Shown: in pieces, positions 26,800-34,494 of the stretch | Layout of the letters: each line of letters opens with the position of its first letter | How positions within the stretch are numbered: position 1 is the first letter of the stretch | Assembly (NCBI GenBank): GCA_965372715.1 | Contig: CBDVDH010000003.1 | Location: 1-34,494 of the forward strand | DNA length: 34,494 bases | Source: an uncultured bacterium | Lineage (GTDB): Bacteria; B130-G9 | Reading direction: 5' to 3' | Notes under the pieces: generated by a model | Seen by the model: the letters and a program-made list of their open reading frames with translations, nothing else | What the model was told of the DNA's origin: nothing | Databases searched by the model: none | Position numbers and translations under genes: made by a program

Positions 26800-28326
26800 A
26801 TGGCATTGGTTCCGATAATGGTCGCGCTGCCGCTCGGCCTTGCCTTTATCTTCCCTCTTTTGCCCAAGCGGAGAATTCGTCTCTCCGATACGCTTGCTGT
26901 TCTGGGCTCAGCGGTCCTTGTTGTCCTATCGCTCTTTACGATAGGCAAGAGCTGCGTCTATGAAATCGGAGGCTGGCGACCACCGATCGGGATCAATCTA
27001 GTGCTGGACGGATTCTCAAGCCTTATGGTTATCGTTGTCGCGGTAGTAAGCTTCGCTGTGATCCTGTTCTCCTGTCGCTACATGGACACATACACGCAGC
27101 GACCCAAGTTCTACTGTCTCTTCATGCTGATGATTGCTGGGATGAATGGCGTCATTCTCACCGGGGATTTGTTTAATCTCTTCGTGTTTCTGGAGATAGC
27201 CGCGCTTTCATCATACGCGCTAGTTGCATTCGGGTGCCAGCACGAGGAGCTCGAGGCCTCTTTCAAGTATGGCATACTGGGGAGCGTCGCTTCGAGCTTC
27301 GTGTTGCTCAGCATCGCGCTGCTATACGCCCAGTTCGGGACGGTGAACATGGCGCACCTTGCAGAAAAGATCTCGATTGCAGGGGCCGCCGGGCCAACCC
27401 CCCCGCTTGTTACTTTCTGCCTGATGCTCTTCATTGCAGGGCTCGGCTTGAAGGCAGCGCTAGTGCCATTCCACGCCTGGCTTCCTGACGCACATCCGTC
27501 CGCCCCGGCGCCCATCTCGGCCATGCTCTCTGGCGTCTTGATCAAGGCCATCGGCGTCTATGCGCTTGTCCGTATTATTTTCAACGTGTTTGGTCTGGAC
27601 TCAAAGCTGTCCTACGCGCTCATGATTCTCGGGACGCTTTCGATGGTTATTGGCGTGTTCATGGCGATCGGCCAGTGGGATTACAAGCGGCTCTTGGCCT
27701 ATCACAGCATCTCGCAGATCGGCTACGTCATACTCGGTATCGGCCTGGGAACGCCGCTTGGCATCCTCGGCGGAATCTTTCATCTCGCTAACCACGCCGT
27801 ATTTAAGTCGCTGCTCTTCTTGACCGCCGGCGCAGTCGAGCACAACACCGGCACGCGCCAGCTGGACAAGATGGGCGGCCTCCACAAGAAAATGCCAACA
27901 ACCGGTGCAACGTCGCTTGTCGCATCGATGTCAATCGCCGGTGTTCCGCCGTTCAATGGCTTCTTCAGCAAGCTTATCATCATCGTAGCCTGCGTCGAGG
28001 CGGGACGATATGGCTTTGCGGCATGGGCCGTCGTGGTCAGTGTTATGACGCTGGCATCGTTTATGAAGGTTCAGAGATATGGATTCTACGGGAAACTGAA
28101 GGAGCAGTTCTCCAAGCTCCGTGAGGTTCCGGCCACTATGCAGGCCTCGATGATATTCCTCGCGGTCCTTTGTCTGGCGATGAGCCTCATGGTTCTTCCT
28201 TCCGTCAGAGCGCGATTGCTGCAACCTGCCAATCAGGCTTTGCAGCAAGGGCTGAAGTACTCCGAGACAGTGCTTTCAGAGAAGTGGGCGGCGGCGCCTG
28301 ATCATCCGGCGAGGCTACAAGAATGA
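26800..28326 (+). CDS. MrpD/MbhH-family antiporter subunit
   Basis: GGWRPPIGI, DLFNLFVFLEI, KAALVPFHAWLPDAH, LIKA, KRLLAYHSISQIGY and GFFSK. Confidence 0.92.
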   Translation: MALVPIMVALPLGLAFIFPLLPKRRIRLSDTLAVLGSAVLVVLSLFTIGKSCVYEIGGWRPPIGINLVLDGFSSLMVIVVAVVSFAVILFSCRYMDTYTQRPKFYCLFMLMIAGMNGVILTGDLFNLFVFLEIAALSSYALVAFGCQHEELEASFKYGILGSVASSFVLLSIALLYAQFGTVNMAHLAEKISIAGAAGPTPPLVTFCLMLFIAGLGLKAALVPFHAWLPDAHPSAPAPISAMLSGVLIKAIGVYALVRIIFNVFGLDSKLSYALMILGTLSMVIGVFMAIGQWDYKRLLAYHSISQIGYVILGIGLGTPLGILGGIFHLANHAVFKSLLFLTAGAVEHNTGTRQLDKMGGLHKKMPTTGATSLVASMSIAGVPPFNGFFSKLIIIVACVEAGRYGFAAWAVVVSVMTLASFMKVQRYGFYGKLKEQFSKLREVPATMQASMIFLAVLCLAMSLMVLPSVRARLLQPANQALQQGLKYSETVLSEKWAAAPDHPARLQE

Positions 28327-28829
28327 GAAGAATAGCGGTCTTCGTAGTATGTTACATTATTTGGTGCATCTACGTCTGGCCGTATAGCGCCACTTACGGC
28401 TGGGACGGCCAGAGCCTGATCGTGGGCCTCATAGCGTCATTTCTGGTCGCAGTCCTGCTCTCTGACACGCTGGCGAGGCACCCGGTCAAGTTCCTGCACC
28501 CCCACCGATACTTCTGGGCACTCGTGTATGCCCCCGTGCTCTTGTACCACTGCCTCAAGGCAAACTTCCACGTCGCATACATCGTGCTGCACCCCCAGGT
28601 GCCGATATTACCCGGAATTGTCAGGGTGAAAACCTCGCTCAAGACCGAGACCGCTCGAACCGCCCTTGCCAACTCCATCACCCTCACGCCGGGGACCCTT
28701 ACGGTCGATATCAAGGACGACGGGACGTTATTTGTCCACTGGCTTGTAGTTGAGGCCGAAAAGGACGAAGATGCGACAAGGCTCATCGTTGGCAAGTTCG
28801 AGGGCTTGCTCAAGAAGATATTCGAATAG
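28323..28829 (+). CDS. MrpE/MbhA-family subunit
   Basis: PGIV, LANSITLTPGTLTVD and LFVHW. Confidence 0.92.
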   Translation: MRRIAVFVVCYIIWCIYVWPYSATYGWDGQSLIVGLIASFLVAVLLSDTLARHPVKFLHPHRYFWALVYAPVLLYHCLKANFHVAYIVLHPQVPILPGIVRVKTSLKTETARTALANSITLTPGTLTVDIKDDGTLFVHWLVVEAEKDEDATRLIVGKFEGLLKKIFE

Positions 28830-28838
28830 GTGTAATCG

Positions 28839-29111
28839 ATGACAGAAAGCTCATTTCTCTATTTCGGGCTTGGCGTGTTGGTCGTCTGCGCATACCTTTG
28901 CCTCTATCGGATGGGTAAGGGGCCAACAGCGCCGGACAGGGCGGTTGCGCTTGATATGCTGGGCGTCATATTCGTCGGGTTTTGCGGTCTGCTCGCGATC
29001 TTAACCGGGCGCGATTTTTACGTTTATCTGGCCATTGCCTGGGCGCTCCTTGCTTTTATAGGCACGCTTGCATTGGCCAAGTTCCTCGAGGGGAGAGGCT
29101 TTGATGAGTGA
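28839..29111 (+). CDS. MrpF/MbhB-family subunit
   Basis: GPTAPDRAVALD and FIGTLALAKFL. Confidence 0.92.
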   Translation: MTESSFLYFGLGVLVVCAYLCLYRMGKGPTAPDRAVALDMLGVIFVGFCGLLAILTGRDFYVYLAIAWALLAFIGTLALAKFLEGRGFDE

Positions 29112-29448
29112 GACGGCAGCCTTCATCGTAATCGGTTTGGGCCTGGCTTTTGACGTCTTCGGGTGCGTCGGGCTGTTCCGGCTGCCTGATGTGTACACCA
29201 GGCTTCAGGCATCCACCAAGTGCGTAACTCTGGGAACCTGCCTCATCCTGTTTGGCGTCTTCCTATACTCCGGCTTCTCTGGAATGGGCGGCAAAGCAAT
29301 CATTTGTCTGGTCTTCGTCTTGATAACGCTGCCCACCGGCGCCCACGCGCTGGCCAGGGGAGCATACAAATATGGTATAGGCATGAAGAAACCCTACCTC
29401 CTTGACAAGTATGGCGAGGAGGAGGATAAGGGGATGCGCAAGCGATGA
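29104..29448 (+). CDS. MrpG/MbhC-family subunit
   Basis: GLFRLPDVYTRLQASTK and PTGAHALARG; ATG 29104 overlaps the mrpF-like stop. Confidence 0.92.
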   Translation: MSETAAFIVIGLGLAFDVFGCVGLFRLPDVYTRLQASTKCVTLGTCLILFGVFLYSGFSGMGGKAIICLVFVLITLPTGAHALARGAYKYGIGMKKPYLLDKYGEEEDKGMRKR

Positions 29449-30038
29449 GGCAGCCCAAATGGCGCGAGCTGAAGGAAGCGATGAGAGCGCTCTTCACCGG
29501 CCCATACACGAGCAAGTTCCCCGCCGAACCGCCGGTCCTCCCTGACGCCTTCCGAGGCGCGCCTCGCTTCGATTCGGACGAATGCGTCGGTTGCGGCGCC
29601 TGCGTCAACGTATGTCCTCCGGGCGCGATCATTCAGAAGGATGACAAGGACTCAAAGATGCGCCAGATCACCATCCTCTATGACCGGTGCATCGTGTGCG
29701 GGCAGTGCCACGCCAATTGCCTCACCGAAACTGGCGTCAACATGTCTCACGATTGGGACTTGGTTACCACCAACCGTGACGATCTGAAAGAGACGGTCGA
29801 AAAGGAGCTTTTGCTTTGCGAGACGTGCGACGAGATCATCGGAGCGCTCGACCACGTCCGATGGGTAGCCAAGCGCCTCGGGCCTCTCGCCTTTGCCAAC
29901 CCCACATTGTTCCTGACGGCGCTTCAGGACCTCTCACTGAGCCAAAAGCCGCCCAAGCCGGTCGAGCCGTTGAGGAGAGGCGACAAGCTCAGAATCCTCT
30001 GCCCCAACTGCCGCAACGTGACCTCATTCCTCGCCTAG
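29445..30038 (+). CDS. NuoI/EchF/MbhN-family 2x[4Fe-4S] subunit with extra C-terminal Cys pairs
   Basis: YT..FP...FRG, CVGCGACVNVCP, CIVCGQCHANC, plus CETC and CPNC. Confidence 0.9.
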   Translation: MRQPKWRELKEAMRALFTGPYTSKFPAEPPVLPDAFRGAPRFDSDECVGCGACVNVCPPGAIIQKDDKDSKMRQITILYDRCIVCGQCHANCLTETGVNMSHDWDLVTTNRDDLKETVEKELLLCETCDEIIGALDHVRWVAKRLGPLAFANPTLFLTALQDLSLSQKPPKPVEPLRRGDKLRILCPNCRNVTSFLA

Positions 30039-30072
30039 CCCATATTATTCATAAACTGCGGATGAGATGAGA

Positions 30073-30182
30073 TGTGGGGCGGGCTTTCCAGCCTGCCTTT
30101 TGTAGCGATTGCCGTATTCCTCACTCGCAACACTCTGTCGCGCGAGACCCTGTCTTTGGCAGGCTGGAAAGCTTGCCCTACA
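30073..30182. repeat. Inverted REP doublet between the convergent hydrogenase operon and hycI; may act as a bidirectional 3' stem-loop
   Basis: TGTGGGGCGGGCTTTCCAGCCTGCC (30073-30097) and GGCAGGCTGGAAAGCTTGCCCTACA (30158-30182) are 25-nt inverted copies with 3 mismatches. Confidence 0.8.
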
Positions 30183-30242
30183 CCTACCGGAGTCACGACC
30201 TCGAATTATTCGGACTAGCCGGGATGCCCCGCCTGAGGCTTC

Positions 30243-30752
30243 CTACCGTGCTGCGTCTTGCACGAGCACAGATTTAAGCACAGAGCACGCGTCCTCTATG
30301 GCCGCCTTGATTTGCGGAGATTGGGCCTCGCCAAACGCTACCGTCCCCGGCTGAGCGGCCAGCACCACGGTCTTTGCGCCGCATTCACTCATCAGGAACT
30401 GCTCAATTAACGAAAGCGACGGCGCGTGCGTCCCCAGACAATCGCCGGATAATTGGTCAATCTTGAGAAGTCTCAGTTCGCCGAGGCTCCCATCGAAACT
30501 GGCCGCGTCAACGATTATCACGAGCGCCGGACCAAGCTTCACGATAGGTCCGAGAAAATCCTCGGGCACGGTTCCGGCGTCAAACGCCCTATCCTGAATA
30601 AGCCGCGATATTCTATTGGCGACCTCAGGGCCGAAGCCGTCGTCGCCCCGCAAAGTATTGCCGATCCCAAGGACAACAACCTTATCCGCGCCTACCCGTG
30701 AGACCTCGGCCTTGAGCTCTTGTCTCAGCCGATGATGTTTATCTTCTGTCAT
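30243..30752 (-). CDS. hycI: Hydrogenase maturation endopeptidase, HycI type
   Basis: LGIGNTLRGDDGFG, GTVPE, IVDAA and THAPSL; start uncertain among ATGs up to 30776. Confidence 0.88.
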   Translation of the reverse strand: MTEDKHHRLRQELKAEVSRVGADKVVVLGIGNTLRGDDGFGPEVANRISRLIQDRAFDAGTVPEDFLGPIVKLGPALVIIVDAASFDGSLGELRLLKIDQLSGDCLGTHAPSLSLIEQFLMSECGAKTVVLAAQPGTVAFGEAQSPQIKAAIEDACSVLKSVLVQDAAR

Positions 30753-30925
30753 GGCTTCTACCATCCCGTGAACCATAGAACGGTCCCCTCAGAACCTCAA
30801 TACCCGGCGTGGCTCCCAATAATCACATTGGCGGCAAGGGACATGGTGGGGCGAACACGTTCTTCCGCTGCCCAAAGGTGATGAGTTTGACAGGGGTCGG
30901 TCTGCGAGTTGCACCCATTGGGTGA

Positions 30926-31104
30926 TTTTGGAGTGCGGCGGCCTGACGCCGCTTTGACCTGCCGCGGCTTGACGCGGCGTGAGCACTGTTTGAGGACGTT
31001 CTATTCTCTGGCTAGCGGCTTCCAAGTTCAAAATAGATGTCTATCAGAGGGTGGTGTCAAGCCACCACCGAAGAAATCCGCCGCGCGGCGGACGCAGTCC
31101 AAAA
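30926..31104. repeat. Composite GGAG-type REP element with inverted termini
   Basis: Termini TTTTGGAGTGCG and CGCAGTCCAAAA (1 mismatch). Internal hairpins GCGGCG-GCCTGA-CGCCGC, CCGCG-GCTTGA-CGCGG, GGTGG-TGTCAAG-CCACC and TCCGCCGCGCGGCGGA. Confidence 0.7.
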
Positions 31105-31341
31105 AGCCAGAACCTGCGACCGTCAATCTGATTCTTCGGGTGGCCAGCTTCGACTATCTGAGCGTTTCACGCAGTCCGTTGAGCGGCGGACCTGTTCGCT
31201 GACTGGCACGTGAAACAAGAAGCTAACGCATAACCGCTGACTCATGATTGGTTCTAGACCTGATTATGGTTGTTTTGATGTGTATAAGATACAGTATTCG
31301 CTTGGGTAGCCGATTGAGCAAAACAACAGGCGGGTCGTGAG

Positions 31342-32172
31342 TTGAGGAGTTCAGCTGTATCAGGAACAAGACATGCCCGGCCGAGGGGGTTGCCCAGCGG
31401 GCTGCACCTTGCGTTTACGGCGCTCGGCGGCCTGGTCCTGCTATTCATCGTCGCGCCACTTCTTGGGATATATCTGAAATCCACGTTCGGCGAGGTCGCA
31501 GACGCGGCACAAGAATCGGAGGTCTGGGAGAGTATATGGCTTACGGTCTGGGTGTCGATGGCGGCGACGCTCGCGTTCGCGGTTGCCTGCATCCCGTTCG
31601 CATACATCCTCGCCCGCAAGAGCTTCCCATTCAAAGGGGTGGTCACCGGCATCATTGACCTGCCGATAATCGTGCCGCACTCCGTTGCAGGGATCGCCAT
31701 CCTGGGCGTGCTTGCAAGGGACGGTTTCTTGGGCGGCGCAGCAGAGTCCGTGGGCGTTGAACTCATCGGCACACCATTCGGGATAGCCGCGGCCATGGCG
31801 TTCGTGAGCGTCCCCTTCCTCATCAACGCCGCCCGCGAGGGATTTGCGGCAGTCCCCGAACGGCTCGAGAAGGTGGCGCTTGCCCTCGGCGCCTCCCCGC
31901 TCAGGGTCTTCTTCACGGTCTCAGTTCCGCTAGCCTGGCGAGCCATCGTCTCCGGACTCATCCTGATGTGGGGCCGGGGCATGAGCGAGTTTGGCGCTGT
32001 CATGATCGTCGCATACCATCCGATGATTACTCCCATACTCATTTACGAGCGGTTCGGAGCATTCGGCCTGAAATACTCCCGCCCGGTCTGTGTGCTTTTC
32101 TTGTCCGTGTGCCTCGTCGTATTCATCATCCTCCGCGTGCTGGCTTGGAAAAGGAAGAATGCTGACAATTAG
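31342..32172 (+). CDS. Tungstate/molybdate ABC permease (WtpB/ModB type)
   Basis: DLPIIVPHSVAG, EAA-loop region LEKVALALGAS and RGMSEFGAV..AYHP; start uncertain. Confidence 0.85.
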   Translation: MRSSAVSGTRHARPRGLPSGLHLAFTALGGLVLLFIVAPLLGIYLKSTFGEVADAAQESEVWESIWLTVWVSMAATLAFAVACIPFAYILARKSFPFKGVVTGIIDLPIIVPHSVAGIAILGVLARDGFLGGAAESVGVELIGTPFGIAAAMAFVSVPFLINAAREGFAAVPERLEKVALALGASPLRVFFTVSVPLAWRAIVSGLILMWGRGMSEFGAVMIVAYHPMITPILIYERFGAFGLKYSRPVCVLFLSVCLVVFIILRVLAWKRKNADN

Positions 32173-33220
32173 GAACTTGTCCAAATCACTTGGCGCATTC
32201 TCCTTGCGAGGCGTCTCGTTCGATGTGAACGAGGGCGAATACTTCGTGCTGCTAGGGGCCTCAGGCGTCGGCAAAACCGTTCTGTTGGAGATGATCGCAG
32301 GCCTCACGAGGCCCGATTCAGGCCAGATAATCCTGGATGGCAAGGACCTCGCGAAAGAAAGTATGCAGAAGAGAAGAATCGGCCTGGTGTATCAGGATCA
32401 ATCGCTTTTCCCACATCTTTCGGTCCGTGAGAACATCGCCTACGGGCTTCGCTGCCAACGGCTCGGACGTCTGCAAATCCGCAGCAAAGTGAACGAGCTT
32501 GCCGAGAGCGTCGGCGCGCAGGAGCTTCTTGACCGGAACATCGAGGCCCTATCGGGGGGCGAGGCGCAGCGAGTGGCGCTTGCCCGGACGCTCGCCATAG
32601 AGCCAAGATGCCTCCTCCTGGACGAGCCTATCGCGTCGCTCGACGCTCAGTCACGCGGGGAGGTTCGCACGCTCCTTCGGAACCTGAATCGACATGGCCA
32701 GACGATGCTCCACGTTACGCATGACTACGAGGAGGCAATCTCACTGGCCACGCGGATAGCGATCATGGAAAACGGGACAATCGCTCAAACCGGGACCCCC
32801 GAATCGATCTTCCAGGGTCCCAAATCTGAGTTCGTCGCGAGCCTCGTAGGCATCAAGAATTTCTTCAAAGGGACGCTTCGGCCTCCGTGCCAAAACGGGC
32901 AGCTGTCGGAGTTCATTGGCCCCCGCGGCGTTCGATTCCAAGTCTTGACCCAAGAGATGCCAGGCCCAGGGTGCCTCATCTTCCGGAGCGAGGACGTCGC
33001 CATCTCCAATGAATGCCCACGAACCAGCGCAAGGAACGTCTTTCAGGGAAAGATACTCGACATCGTTCCTGCGAAACTCGGCGTCGAAGTGTCCGTTCAA
33101 ATAGGTGTTAAAGTCTCCGCGCTTGTCACGCAAAGCTCCATCAGGTCGCTGGAGCTTGAGATCGGCAAGGTTGTCTGGGTCAATTTCAAGGCGAGCGCGG
33201 GGCGATTCCTGAGTGAATAG
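32159..33220 (+). CDS. Tungstate/molybdate ABC ATPase with TOBE domain (WtpC/ModC type)
   Basis: GASGVGKT, LSGGEAQR, LLLDEP, HVTHD and TOBE motifs SARN and FKAS. Confidence 0.88.
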   Translation: MLTIRNLSKSLGAFSLRGVSFDVNEGEYFVLLGASGVGKTVLLEMIAGLTRPDSGQIILDGKDLAKESMQKRRIGLVYQDQSLFPHLSVRENIAYGLRCQRLGRLQIRSKVNELAESVGAQELLDRNIEALSGGEAQRVALARTLAIEPRCLLLDEPIASLDAQSRGEVRTLLRNLNRHGQTMLHVTHDYEEAISLATRIAIMENGTIAQTGTPESIFQGPKSEFVASLVGIKNFFKGTLRPPCQNGQLSEFIGPRGVRFQVLTQEMPGPGCLIFRSEDVAISNECPRTSARNVFQGKILDIVPAKLGVEVSVQIGVKVSALVTQSSIRSLELEIGKVVWVNFKASAGRFLSE

Positions 33221-33235
33221 CGCCGGAAACATGTT

Positions 33236-34494
<1,259 letters not shown>

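Noticed and set aside
20499-30038. Respiratory complex I or Mbx/Mbs sulfur reductase
   Set aside because: All four Ni-ligating Cys are present (CGIC, CYCC), the small subunit has CxxC, and hyp and hycI genes are adjacent. No NuoEFG genes.
31281-31293. TGTAT-AAG-ATACA palindrome as a ModE/TunR-type operator
   Set aside because: Only 5-bp arms and no match to the ModE consensus; could be chance.

Overview
Chromosomal window from a GC-rich anaerobic bacterium; the secreted beta-helix and beta-propeller proteins suggest an uncultured candidate-phylum lineage, which is an impression only. From left to right: the 3' part of a Cys-containing GGGI-repeat beta-helix gene; a cluster of REP-like hairpins; a minus-strand housekeeping run (Xaa-Pro peptidase, efp, accB, accC, thiE, PQQ-like beta-propeller, holA, Lrp/AsnC ligand-binding domain); and a complete hypFCDEAB operon. 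A ~3.3 kb AT-richer defence-type insert follows, holding a PD-(D/E)XK nuclease, two gene relics and a DUF262-HNH (GmrSD-like) gene. Next is a 16-gene operon joining an AsrA/AsrB-like (sulfhydrogenase beta/gamma-like) NAD(P)-flavin module and a polyferredoxin to a group 4 [NiFe]-hydrogenase core with two antiporter-like subunits and a full Mrp/Mbh-type module. The window ends with a convergent HycI protease, wtpB/wtpC-like ABC genes, moeA and the start of moaA. The most interesting item is the putative NAD(P)-linked, ion-translocating hydrogenase, one of whose antiporter subunits lacks the conserved TM5 glutamate. All assignments come from motif recognition by eye; no searches were run.
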